Source: Oikopleura dioica (taxonomy: Eukaryota; Animalia; Chordata). Taken from it: a stretch of DNA of 64,000 nt. The stretch spans positions 10,788,001-10,852,000 of the forward strand of contig OU015566.1 in the NCBI GenBank assembly GCA_907165135.1, written 5' to 3'. The translations under genes and the position numbers were made by a program. How positions within the stretch are numbered: position 1 is the stretch's first letter; each line of letters begins with the position of its first letter. Positions 38,301-50,200 of this stretch are shown piece by piece. Below the pieces are notes generated by a model. The model worked only from the letters and a program-made list of their open reading frames with translations, did not search any database and was not told where the DNA came from.

Positions 38301-41300
38301 TTGAGGAGGTAGAACTAGATTTTTTGAACAACCGTGATTTTCGGGATCATCATAAGGGAAGCGGTTGTAGTCGAGTGTTAAATTCGAGTTCCAATTAAAT
38401 TAAGGGTGTAAATAAGATAGCTTCGGAGAAATACTAGCTCCAAGGAGGCCCATTTTCGCAATTCTTGATGGGGGGTCCTTAAAAATGAAATCGAGAGAAA
38501 ATCGAGCAAAATTTTCCAACTCGGAGAATTACGAGTATTTCACGAAATTCCCGACAAAAAAAGGCTCGTAATTGCCAGAGTCGACTGTAATAATTTTCAA
38601 TCTAGAATGCTGGGATTCGCTTCGCTCATCTTCTACCTCAACAACATGCTCATTAAGGATATAGCCTGTAAAATTCAACTTTCGTAGCGGCTAAACGCGA
38701 GGTCGGATCTTTTTCATTTCAAAAGCAATCCTACCTAAAAATGCACAAAAAACTCAATTCTGGTATATTTTTTAAAATTTTCACCTAAATTTTTCTCTGT
38801 AGAGCGACTTGAAATCTTACGATCGCGATTTCTCAAAATTTTTCCACTAATTCGCTAAAACTAAACCGTGTTCTCTGTTGTCATAATGCTAAGCTAAAAA
38901 ATTGAGGGAATAAAATTCTCAAACTCGGTCATATTTTCATTCTAGTATTCTCCTCTTTCTTGCTCTTGCTTTTCTTCCCTGCGCGCTTTATCGCGTGTAG
39001 CCAATCAGAGCGCTCGAAAAAAGACGCACGCTCTCCCGGAAAATAGGAGGCGAGAGAGCGAGCACCGAGCGCAGCGCTTTTCATAGCTTCTGCGCGCTGA
39101 GTTAGCCTCATGGAAATGGCTGTAAAATCGGTTTCTTTCGGATTTAGAGAAAACTAAACCGTCAATTTTGTAGATAAAGGTCTAAAGAACCTATCTATCG
39201 GAAAAACTCGACCGATTTAGTGAAAAATTTTCGAGGAATCGCGATCGTAAGATTTCAAATCGCTCTAGAGAGAAAAATTCAAGTAAAATTTTTTAAAAAA
39301 GTACCAAAATTGAATTCTCCGTCCATTTTTAGGTAGGATTGCACTTGAAATGAAAAAGATCCGACTTCGCGTTTAGCCGCTACGAAAGTTGAATTTTACA
39401 GGCTATATCTAGGGACCGCACGCAAAAAAGGGTCGGATCAGTGCGCTCAATTTTTTCAAAAAACGGCAACGATAGGATGATAGAGCAACTCAAACTGAAT
39501 ATTTTTCACATTGAAAGTTTTTCACCACCACTGACTTTTCTGCCGGAAATGATCAGGTTTAACACCGGAAATCGGTACTTTTTCACGTTTCTGGCCGGCT
39601 CACCTTGATCTCATCGTGATAAGATATTGATAAGGGGCTCAAAAGAAAGCTCGTCGTCTGAGCTTTCTATTGGTACCAAAAAAAAGTAGTCACTTAGTTG
39701 AAATTTTTGGCGCTAGAAGCGATTGAAGGTGCTCAGGGAGCCCAAAAATTGCTCGAAATCACCGGAACTAGCCGGTTTCGCTCTAAAACCTCATGTAAAC
39801 CCTTACATATGGATATCTTTCGATAGGATTTTTCTCTTTTGACAAAATATTGACCGGTTAAGAGCTCAACCAACCGGTTCTCAAGCCAAAACCAGCCGGT
39901 TTCGGCCGGAGGACCTCTCTGGTGGAAGACCATCCGCTGGAAGACCAGTATTTAAAATTTTTAATATATGGCTATGCTCGGTCAACATATGGCCACTTAT
40001 GGTCAACATTGGTCAAGTTTGGCCGGAGGACCCTCGGAGGACCTTCCTGGTGGAAGAACATCAGCTGGAAGACCAAAATTAAAAAATGAAATAAAATGCC
40101 TTGCTGGGCTAAGAATCAACACTTTCGGCCAGCTTTGGTCACATTTTGCCGGAGGACCCCCGGAGGACCCCTTCTGTCGGAAGCCAATCTACTGGAAGAC
40201 CATTATTTAAAAAAATTAAAATCAATAACAGTCAACTCAGTGATTAAAGGGGCATCGCAGACCAACTTTGTGGCCATATAATTAAGTGAGTGACAAGAAA
40301 AAGCCGTCAAAAAGAGAAGTGAACGCCCATTAATTCGACCCGAAGGTAAGGCCACGCCAAGGTATCCTTTTGAATCAGACTAAGGGCGAAGCCGACCCGA
40401 AGGGGAGGCCACGCCCGTTTATTCCATTCAATCAGAGTCAGGGCGAAGCCGACCCGAAAGGGAGGCCACGCCCGTTCATTCTTTATAATCAAGGTCAGGG
40501 CGAAGCCGACCCGAAAGGGAGGCAGCGCCCGTTCATTCTTTTAATCAGGGCCAGGGCGAAGCCGACCCGAAGGGGAGGCCACGCCCGTTTATTCCATTCA
40601 ATCAGAGTCAGGGCGAAACCGACCCGAAGGAGAGGCCACGCCGTTCATTCCATTCAAGCAGAGTCAGGGCGGAGCGGACCCGAAGAGTATGCCACGCAGT
40701 TCATTATTTTCAATCGAGGTCAGGGCGAAGCCGACGCGAAGGGGAGGCCACGCCCGTTCATTCATTACAATCAGGGTCAGGGCGAAGCCGACCCGAAGGG
40801 GGAGGCCACGCCCGTTCATTCTTTTCAATCAGGGTCAGGGCGAAGCCGACCCGAAGGGGAGGCCAAGCCCGTTCATCCTTTTCAATCAGGGTCAGGGCAA
40901 AGCCGACCCGAAGGGGAGGCCAAGCCCGTACATTCTTTTCAATCAGGGTCAGGGCAAAACCGACCCGATTGGGAGGCTACGCTGGCTCATTCCATTCAAT
41001 CAGAGTCGGGACGGAGCCGACCCGAAGGGGAGGCCACGCCCGTTCATTCTATCTAATCAGAGTCAGGGCGGAGCCGACCCGAAGGCCCCGTCTGTTCGTC
41101 TTAGTCTGGATCGGGGCAAAGCCGACACGAAAGGGAGGCGAGCCACGTTTATTCAATACGGTCTTGATCGGAGCGAAGCTGACCCGAAAGTTAGGCCATC
41201 CCGATAAATTTAATTCAGTCTTGATCGGGACACTGCCCAATCAGAGAGAAAGTCTTTTTCCATGACTCAGCGCGTGAAAATTCCAACGAAAGGCGTTAAA

Positions 41301-44300
41301 TCACTTCTTGATTCTTACAACCCCGAACAACACTCAGCGCGAGCGCTTTACTCGCTCTTGATCATCTTTATGTTACAGTGTAAACCCAAAAATTGCCGAC
41401 CCATAATTTGGCCGCTTTATGTCAAAATCCACCTTTTTTTGGAACCTAAAATTAACCCAAAATTTGGCCGCTTTTTCAAAATTTAAAAATTTTGCATCAG
41501 AATTGTGCCCAAATGATGCTATTTCTGATAATTTTTAGGTTTTTTCAAGCTTTTCTCAAGTGTTTTTATCATTAAAAATCACTTAAATCAAATAGGAATG
41601 TCTTAAGGATGTAGTCCCTGCTTTTTGCGATCTTGGCACTTTTTGAACAGCGCCCACAGAAATTTGGGAAAGTTGAAGGATAAAATTTATATCGGTAGAA
41701 AGATCGAACGCTGTTCTAAAGTTGCCATCTCCCAAAAAATATTTTTTTTCGAGTGCTCGAGGAGCTTCGGTGCCATATTCTAACCTAGCCCGAGCAAAAT
41801 CGCCATTTTCGCCTATTTTCAATTACGCATAGAGCCCTTAAAATTTTGAAATAAATTAAAACCAAATATTTTTTTAACAAGTTTATTCCTTCGTCTAAAG
41901 TTGCCATACAACGAAATATAGAAACGAATATGCAATTATAATATGCATTAATAAGAAATAAATGCAATCCACCTGCAGTATTCCGCATAAAAAAAAGCCA
42001 TTTTACACTGGTGACGATCAAGACTTGAACACCGGGCCGTCCTCCCCTTCCGGTCGGCTTGGCCCTAATTAAGACTGAATTAAAAAGACGAAACTGGCCC
42101 CCACTTCGGATTTGCTTTGCCCCGATCCACACTAAATTGAATAGACGGGGCTGGCTTCCCCTTCGGGTCGGCTTGGCCCCGATCAAAACTGAAGTGAAAA
42201 GACGGCACTGGCCTTCCCTTTGGATCAGCTTCGCCCTGACTCTGCTTGAATGGAATAAACGGGCGTGGCCTCCCTTTCGGGTCGGCTTCGCCCTGACTCT
42301 GATTGAATGGAACAAACGGGCGTGGCCTTCCCTTCGGGTCGGCTTCGCCCTGACCCTAATTGAAAAGAATACACGGGCGTGGCCTCCCCTTCGGGTCGGC
42401 TTCGCCCTGACTCTGATTGAAAATAATGAACGGGCGTGGCCTCCCCTTCGGTTCGGCTTCACCCTGACTCTGATTGAATAAAATGAACGTGCGTTGCATC
42501 CCCTTCCGGTCGGTTCCGCCCTGACTCTGCTTGAATGGAATGAACGGGCGTGGCCTCCCCTTCGAGTCGGCTTCGCCCTGACCCTGATTGAAAAGAATGA
42601 ACGGGCGTGGCCTCCCTTTCGGGTCGGCTTCGCCCAGACTCTGATTGAATGGAATAAATGAGCATGGCCTCCCCTTCGGGTCGGCTTCGCCCTTACTCTG
42701 ATTGAATAGAATGATCGGGCGTTGCCTCCCTTTCGGGTCGGCTTCGCCCTGACGCTCATTGAAAAGAATGAACGGGCGTGGCCTCCCCTTCGGGTCGGCT
42801 TCGCCCTGACCTTGATTGAAAAGAATAGACGGACGTGGCCTCCCCTTCGGTTCGGCTTCACCCTGACTCTGATTGAATAGAATGAACGTGCTTGGCCTCC
42901 CCTTCGGGTCGGCTTCGCCTTGACTCTGATTGAATGGAATAAACGGGCTTGGCCTCCCCTTCGGGTCGGCTTCGCCCTTACTCTGATTGAAAAGAATGAT
43001 CGGGCGTTGCCTCCCCTTCGGGTCGGCTTTGCCCTGACCCTGATTCAAAAGGATACCTTGGCGTGGCGTTGCCTTCGGGTCGAATTAATGGGCGTTCCCT
43101 TCTCTTCTTGACGGCTTTTTCTTGTCACTCACTTAATTATGTGGCCACAAAGTTGGTCTGCGATGCCCCTTTAATCACTGAGTTGACTGTACAGTGGGTT
43201 GCGCAGTTGGTTGCCCCTTTGCGATTGCAGCTTTGGTTGCCCCTTTGCCCGCGCTTTTTCTATTGTTTCTTTCTAGACTCGCTCAAAGTGATTGCAGGAT
43301 TGGTTGACCCTTCACCCGCTCTTTTGGGGGCAACTACCTGCGCAACCCACTGTAATTGATTTTAATTTTTTTAAATAATGGTCTTCCAGTAGATTGGCTT
43401 CCGACAGAAGGGGTCCTCCGGGGGTCCTCCGGCAAAATGTGACCAAAGCTGGCCGAAAGTGTTGATTCTTAGCCCAGCAAGGCATTTTATTTCATTTTTT
43501 AATTTTGGTCTTCCAGCTGATGTTCTTCCACCAGGAAGGTCCTCCGAGGGTCCTCCGGCCAAACTTGACCAATGTTGACCATAAGTGGCCATATGTTGAC
43601 CGAGCATAGCCATATATTAAAAATTTTAAATACTGGTCTTCCAGCGGATGGTCTTCCACCAGGGAGGTCCTCCGGCCGAACTCGACCAAAGTTGATCTTT
43701 TAGCCGGCTTCGAACCGGTTAATTTGTACTCAAAAAAGAAAAACCTTTCGATAGATATCCATATCTAATAGAAAACACGTGGTTTTAGAGAGAAACCGGC
43801 TGGTTTTGGCTTGAGAACCGGTTGGTTGAGCTCTTAACCGGTCAATATTTTGTCAAAAGAGAAAAATCCTATCGAAAGATATCCATATGTAAGGGTTTAC
43901 ATGAGGTTTTAGAGCGAAACCGGCTAGTTCCGGTGATTTCGAGCAATTTTTGGGCTCCCTGACCACCTTCAATCGCTTCTAGCGCCAAAAATTTCAACTA
44001 AGTGACTACTTTTTTGGTACCAAGAGAAAGCTCAGACGACGAGCTTTCTTTTGAGCCCCTTATCAATATCTTATCACGATGAGATCAAGGTGAGCCGGCC
44101 AGAAACGTGAAAAAGTACCGATTTCCGGTGTTAAACCTGATCATTTCCGGCAGAAAAGTCAGTGGTGGTGAAAAACTTTCAATATGAAAAATATTCAGTT
44201 TGAGTTGCTCTATCATCCTATCGTTGCCGTTTTTTGAAAATCAAGAGATTTCAGGTGGTCGATTTTTGCGTGCGGACCCTAGCTATATCCTTAATTCTTA

Positions 44301-44355
44301 CCGTGTACTGATCTCGATGATTTTCCGTGGTGTTGACGGCCCTTTCGAGCATCAT
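35368..44355 (-). CDS. MED26: Mediator subunit 26 (multi-exon; intron 1 filled with transposons)
   Basis: TFIIS-N-like domain DLNN|IKDRVAVENAIDALEK...LRIGQLVNNVRRK...KRMRSLVQKWQKV. C-terminal WAGVSGVRDIQGNFHRWHDEISLEP. Inferred exon 1 at 44355-44302 (phase-0 GTAAGA donor) joins 36927-36889. The 3' end is approximate. Confidence 0.8.
36943..38587. mobile_element. Non-autonomous Tc1/mariner (pogo-like) element, 1645 bp
   Basis: Perfect 23-bp TIR CAGTCGACTCTGGCAATTACGAG, TA on both sides, subterminal AATTACGAG repeats. No transposase ORF recognised. Confidence 0.85.
37911..38042. mobile_element. piggyBac-like MITE, 132 bp, nested in the Tc1-like element
   Basis: TTAA|CCCGCTAACAGG...CCTGTTACCGGG|TTAA (12-bp TIR with 1 mismatch). 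Internal hairpin CGCGTGGCCGT-GAG-ACGGCCACGCG. Confidence 0.72.
40330..41240 (+). repeat. 57-bp minisatellite array, left arm (~15-16 units)
   Basis: Consensus GGGCGAAGCCGACCCGAAGGGGAGGCCACGCCCGTTCATTCTTTTCAATCAGGGTCA. The 19-aa periodicity in the ORF track (NQGQGEADPKGRPRPFILF) confirms the unit length. Confidence 0.92.
42030..43085 (-). repeat. 57-bp minisatellite array, right arm, inverted (~18-19 units)
   Basis: Reverse complement of the left-arm unit, with more copies and degenerate inner units. Confidence 0.92.
43192..43352. mobile_element. Tc1/mariner-type MITE, 161 bp, nested in the right arm of the hAT foldback
   Basis: TA|CAGTGGGTTGCGCAG...CTGCGCAACCCACTG|TA. It is absent from the corresponding left-arm position (~40226-40232), which shows the empty site. 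Confidence 0.88.
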
Positions 44356-45099
44356 TTGTATTTCTCTAGCCCTCATGTCCGTCACGTGATGGAGATGGTG
44401 CAGAGATTAAGAAAATATTCTGTTCTACGGTTATCCAGTACAGTTCCCATTTCCAGAGTCTTTTTTTTCCTTGGATAACCAGCCTTAACAGTTGATCATA
44501 GTTTTCTTTGTTCTCGATTGTCGAAATTGACGCCCGATCACATAACTTTCAATCTAAAAAATCGGGGTTGTTTGAGGTCAACTGTTGCTTTTCCTTGAAC
44601 TGGAATAGACAAGGGGGAATCAATTACCACTGGGAGCCAATGAAATTAATGAAAAATTAGAATTCTGCAACAAAATCACGAATTAATGTCGAGTACTGAA
44701 GAAAATGATAGTGGCACACTAAAAGCTAGGTGTAAAATCTGGTGTAAAAGAGTCGGTCACCAAAAACAGATATTTGGCTGTTTCAAATCCGCGAAATTCT
44801 CAATTGAAATGGAGGTTAAAAAAAGTCAATAAAGAAAACGCGTCTTATAGACAAGAATTTGAAAAAAGCGGGTCGCTAAGACAAATTATCTGACAAGAAT
44901 GTATTGTGCAAGATAGAAGATTATCAATTATAGAGATTGGTGGCATTTTTATTATTTTTGCTTATGAACATCTCTTATTCTATTGCAATTGTTTATTATC
45001 TGAAAATGAGTTGATCTCTTCTGCTTGCCATAATGCATAAATCTCCAATTTCCATTGATTTCTTCTTCTAATTTCGGTAATTTCTGACGAGCGATGAAA

Positions 45100-45300
45100 T
45101 ATCTCCTAATCAATCACTCATTGAACTTTTTTCTTTTTGGGAGTTCGTTCTTTCCCGTTCGAAGATCCCAGAGGGGAAGTTGGAAATTCCGAAAAAAGAA
45201 TGAGCGAGTGTGTGAGCTGGGTCTTCATGGCCCCGCTGCGGGATGAGCCAATCAGCGCGCGGATAAGCGCAAGGCAGCGCCCAATCGGACAGCAAGGACA
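45100..45300. promoter_or_regulatory. Candidate bidirectional promoter between MED26 (-) and ZNF622 (+)
   Basis: GC-richer island with two CCAAT boxes (45248-45252, 45281-45285) between divergently oriented genes. Confidence 0.35.
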
Positions 45301-45689
45301 AATTGAAGATTTCCATTCTCGCCACATTTCCATTGATGATTCATCACGTAGTGGCATTTATGGTCACTCACGTACAATAACCAGAGATGAGAACATTTTC
45401 TTTCTACTACTGATATCTCCATAAAATGAGCCAACAGCACATCGTATCATTGATGATGGAGTAATATTTCTTGTTCATTCGACTTGGCAGAGAATGATTC
45501 CTTTTTTAATACAAATACTTGTCTCTGAAAACTGTGAATATCAATAAAATGAACTCATCAAATCTAAGATCATATGTTACGCCGTTTCGACATCTATCTA
45601 TAGCAATGATCAGCAATCTATCAATCACATATTATGATCTTAATAATGTTCAAGCATTGACTACCTGTAATTTAATTCATTCAGTGAAA

Positions 45690-46981
45690 ATGGGATTCAC
45701 ATGCAATGGTTGTCGCGTGCAATTCCTCACAATCGGTGAGCACAAAAGTCACTACCAGGTACCGATATCCTTCTTTCTCCTCCCTGTTTACCTCATTTCT
45801 AGTCAGAGTGGCACTGCTACAATCTCAAACGAAAAGTAGCAGCCCTTCCTCCACTGACCCTTGACGACTTTGAGCAACGAAAAGCTGTGGCAGATGCAGA
45901 CAAGGCGAAGTTGGACACAAAGGAGAAAAAGAAAAATCATCACAAGGAAAAGAAAGCCAAAAAATTAAAGAAAAAGGAAGAAGAGATGGAGACAGAAGAA
46001 GTTCTTGAATCAAAATGGAAAAATGGGGACAACCCAAGGTAAGATAATTTTTGAGGGGAAGAGCCTTTGAATATTTTATCCAAAGATACCGTTGGTTTAT
46101 GGAACGTTCTGCGGAGCTCGACGCAGCCGAGGATGATGAAGAATGGGAAGACATGTCGGACGGGGATGATGAAGATTTTGAAGAAGTCCTCGAAGAAGAC
46201 GAAATCACCAAAGAGCCCGTCGTGTGCATCGAAGATGGAAAGCACCAGCGCGAAATTCCAGTCAACGAATGTCTCTTCTCCGGCCATATTTCGAAAAATA
46301 TCGACGCCAATTTGAAATACATGAATCTTCACTACGGCTTTTTCATCCCGATGGCGGAAGATCTCGAGGACAAAAAAGGGCTGATGCGATATTTGGGAAG
46401 AAAGATCGGCGTTGGCAATATTTGTATGACTTGCAACGAGAAAGGGAAAGCGTTTTACTCGCTTCAAGCTGTTCGGGATCACATGATTAGTAAGAGAGGA
46501 TAAAAGAATTCGGAAATAACAGAGTTTTGTAGAAATGGGCCACACGAGTTTGGAAATGAATGGAGAAAAGGCGCTGGAGTACTCAGATTTCTACGATTTC
46601 GAAGATTCGGACTTGGAAGAAGAGCAGAATACAGATGAAAATGTTGTTGGAGAGTTGGTTTTGGCAGATGGAAGCGTTATCGGACACAGAAGCTTGTGGA
46701 GATATTACAAGCAGAGTTTCGATCCAAGAATGGCGCTCGTTCCGAGCAAGAGAGCTAATCAGATTAATAAATACAGGTAAAAAGAGGGGAAAAGATAGGA
46801 AAATGAGGCGACTTTCAGAGCGATTGGTTGGTATGGAGATTGTTCGAATCAGCAGGCGCAAATCAACGAGTTCAAGAAAGTCGCCAAGTTCAAACGAAAG
46901 ATGAATCTGCGAATCGGACTACGAAACAACATGAACGATAATATGAAGCATTTCAAGAGACGAGATGGTTTCTGTATGTAG
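45690..46981 (+). CDS. ZNF622: Zinc finger protein 622 (Rei1-like 60S maturation factor)
   Basis: FTCNGC...HY|QSEWHCYNLKRKVAALPP, CLFSGH, NLKYMNLHYGFFIP, GLMRYLGRKIGVGNICMTCN, YSDFYDF, ELVLADGSVIGHRSLWRYYKQ. Confidence 0.92.
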
Positions 46982-47203
46982 TCTGTTCTTGAATAAAGTA
47001 TTCTAAATGGAATCGCAAAAAAATCTATTTATTGGAAGGCGCTTTCTCCTAAGAATGATGATGAGCGAAGCGAATGATTGCTAAAATATTTGTTACTTGA
47101 GATTCGCTTCACTCGTTTTCAAATTCAACAAGCATACTCTGGAACCGTTGCTTACGTACGAGTGTAGTAGACTGAAAGAAATCGTGACTCGGATGAAAAG
47201 AAA

Positions 47204-50200
47204 ATGTCCGAAGATCACGGCTTCATAAACAACAACCATGCGTCAGAAGCACTGCAGATGATGGACCAATTTTTGCGCAACAAGCAACTATGCGACGTAA
47301 CTTTAATTTGCGGCAAGCGTCGTATGGCTGCGCACAAGCTCGTGCTCAGCTCGCTTTCGTCCTATTTCGCCGCCATGTTCACTCACAACCTCTGCGAAAA
47401 GGATCAAGATGAGGTGGAGATCAAGGAGGTGAATCCTGACGCGCTGATGTGGATCATCAGATATATGTACACGAGCCACATTGATATTAGAGAGGATAAC
47501 GTCGAAGATCTTTTGATCACAGGTTCAATTATTAAATTTTACAATTGTTTCACTTGATCTATATTATTTTTTCTGGACTTAGCTTGGCAACCTGTGTAGA
47601 AAATCTAAGACCAGGTTCTGAAAGAAGTTTAATAGATAAAAACCGCGAAGCCAGAAATTTTCTACGTGGCTATAAATTCAACATCTTCCAGGACCCTGTC
47701 TTAGCTTCTCTTCACAGGTTACGGAGCCCGGATTCTTGAACGATCTGAATTTATATTCGAAAATTAGCTCGTCTTCTGCAAATCGAAAAAATCGTCTTTG
47801 CTTGCTGCGAATTTCTCCGAAAACAGCTCCACCCTTCAAATTGCCTCGGCATCGCGAAGTTCGCCGAATCCCAAGCTTGTCCGGAACTGTTCTCTGCATC
47901 GCTCGATTTCATCAAGAAGAACTCATTGAATTTGCTCGGCGAACAAGAATTTTTGGAATTAAAGCTCGAAGATGTTATTCGTTTGTTGAAATACGATGAT
48001 TTGGTTGTTCCAAATGAGGAAAGTGTGTTCCAAATTGTCACGGCGTGGGTAGAGCACGATCTTGATGCGAGAAAATCAAGTGTTGGTAAGTAGGATCAGA
48101 ATATTCTCGTTATTTTTAATCTAGTCGCAAAGTTTGCGCAAAAACAACATAATTCGATCGAAAATGACTGTTGTTGAACTAAGAACTTCATAACTGTAAT
48201 GCATTGTATCCAATTATAATGATGCGAACACTCGATGGGAATAGATAAAAATAGGAAGTATGGACCGGTGCACCTTCGAATAGAATATATTGATTGTATT
48301 GAATCATCATTTGCGGATAAAAATATCTTGGAAACTCCCTTATTGAATTGTATTTTTGTATAATTTCTAGATGGACTCTCTTTACTAAGAATCGTCCAAG
48401 AAAAATCTAAGTTTTGAGAATCTTTTCAAAGATTCTGCAAACCTGCACCGCACTATAATCTATTGGGATATCAACAATAAATATATTCTCTTTAGAACAA
48501 TTAGACTTTTCCTAATGTAAGTCTTACTATACAATCACTTTCAGGAGCACTTCTCGCAACAATGCGACTCTGCCACATTTCCGCCGAATTCCTTGCAGAA
48601 ACGATCGAACCCCATCATCTCGTACGAGAAAGTTCATCAGCGCATGAGATTGTTATTGACATGATGAAGCTGCATATAACCAAAAAACTTGATCCGAGAC
48701 AGGAGCCTTCAAGAAAGTCTACTTTAGGTAAACTCAATTATTCTTCTTGACAGCAATCAAATCGCGGCACTCTATTTTCAAGAAAATCTAAAGAAACTTA
48801 TGAATGAGCTCAGAGTTCATTAGATTGAGCGAACAGAATCGCACGTAAGGTACTTGTACGTGGTCTTATTATAACAAAACCACTCCCATTGGACCAAAAA
48901 TAATTCAATCGAAGCTAAAGCACAAAAATTTAAAGTAACTTGCCATAAATGATGATAGTATTTGATCATGGACAATACCCGAAAAAAAAACATTTTTTGT
49001 GAGAATAAACGACGCTTAGGTAAACTTGATGAAAAATGAGCTCTTTTTAGAGCTTATAAATCAGGGAATATAATACAGTTTTAGAATCCTCAGAAGCTGG
49101 GGATCATTTTGACTATTCATACTTGGGGGTTTTGCTCATGCCCTGAGGGGTTTTGGGCCTTCCAAAGTCCCGAAATTTGGCCAATCTGAGTTAGGGGCTC
49201 ATAACTTTTCTTCTCCCCATTTCTGGAGAAAGCCAACTATATGAGCTTGTAGAGGAGGCTCTAACGGTTCAGAATATGTCTTATATGAATCAGTACTTTT
49301 TTACGAAAATGGAGTAAAAGTGCAATATTTTCATCGGAAATCGTTAGAAAAACATTTAAATGACTTTCTTACGTACAAAATTTAGTCTGGGGTCCTCCCG
49401 GGGAGAGTTCTTACGAAATTCAATTTTTTCTCACAATATGACCCCACGTGACCTCAAATGACCCAAGAGTAAATTTTGTGCGTCAGAATGTCATTAAAAA
49501 CGTTTTTCTAACGATTTCCGATGAAAATATTGCACTTTTACTCTATTTTCGTAAAAAAGTACTGATTTTTCAGTGACTTCCTCAACTTCCGGGCCTTCTA
49601 GAGGCTCTAGAATGGGGGGTGTCCGGTGGTTTTCTATACATATTCTGAACCGTTAGAGCCTCCTCTACAAGCTCATTTAGTGGGCTTTCTCCAGAAGTGG
49701 GGAGAAGAAAAGTTATGAGCCCCTAACCTAGATTGGCCAAATTTCGGGACTTTGGAAGGCCTAAAACCCCTCAGGGCATGAGCAAAACCCCGAAGTATGA
49801 ATAGTCAAAATGATCCCCAGCTTCTGAGGAATCTAAAACTGTATTATATTCCCTGATTTAGATGCTCTAAAAAGAGCACATTTTTCATCAAGTTTACCTA
49901 ACGATGCTTAGGTTATCTAATGTGTATCGGCGGAATGGACAACCAGAAAGGAATCAATAACGTTGAGCTTCTGGACCCTCTGGCGCCCGAACAGTGGAGC
50001 GAATGCGGCCAAATCGTCAAGCACAAGAGAGTTCAGTTCGGTAGCGCCGTGATTGACAATAAACTGCTCGTCGTCGGTGGAAGAGATGGATATAAAACCT
50101 TGAATTCGGTCGAGTGCTATGACTTCGCTACGAAGAGTTGGAAATCGATGCCGCCGCTTTCGACGCACAGGTAAAATTTTTCTCATAAAAAATTTACTCA

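Larger units (their letters stand above)
39410..44281. mobile_element. hAT-type foldback element, 4872 bp, non-autonomous
   Basis: 8-bp TSD GCTATATC (39402-39409, 44282-44289). TIR TAGGG(A/T)CCGCACGCAAAAA, ~1.8-2.2 kb inverted arms and a ~0.8 kb unique core. No transposase ORF. Confidence 0.87.
38657..44290. mobile_element. Kolobok-like MITE (754 bp before interruption), with its right TIR split by the hAT element
   Basis: TTAA|GGATATAGCCTGTAAAATTCAAC... and ...GTTGAATTTTACAGGCTATATC[hAT insertion]C|TTAA. Imperfect inverted arms of ~200 bp. A TTAA TSD with purine-purine termini is the Kolobok rule. Confidence 0.72.

Noticed and set aside
41785-42861. 358-aa and other long ORFs (40370-41207, 42356-43048) as repeat proteins
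   Set aside because: They are open only because the unit is 57 bp (a multiple of 3) and stop-poor. They occur in several frames on both strands.
40330-43085. CRISPR-like array (palindromic repeat plus linker, regular period)
   Set aside because: The linkers are variants of one sequence rather than unique spacers, there are no cas genes, the context is eukaryotic, and the arrays are mirror images inside a TIR/TSD-bounded transposon.
36943-44290. An autonomous transposase within the TE cluster
   Set aside because: No DDE, HTH, BED or THAP motif was recognised in any ORF. The longest non-repeat ORF (37147-37557) resembles nothing.
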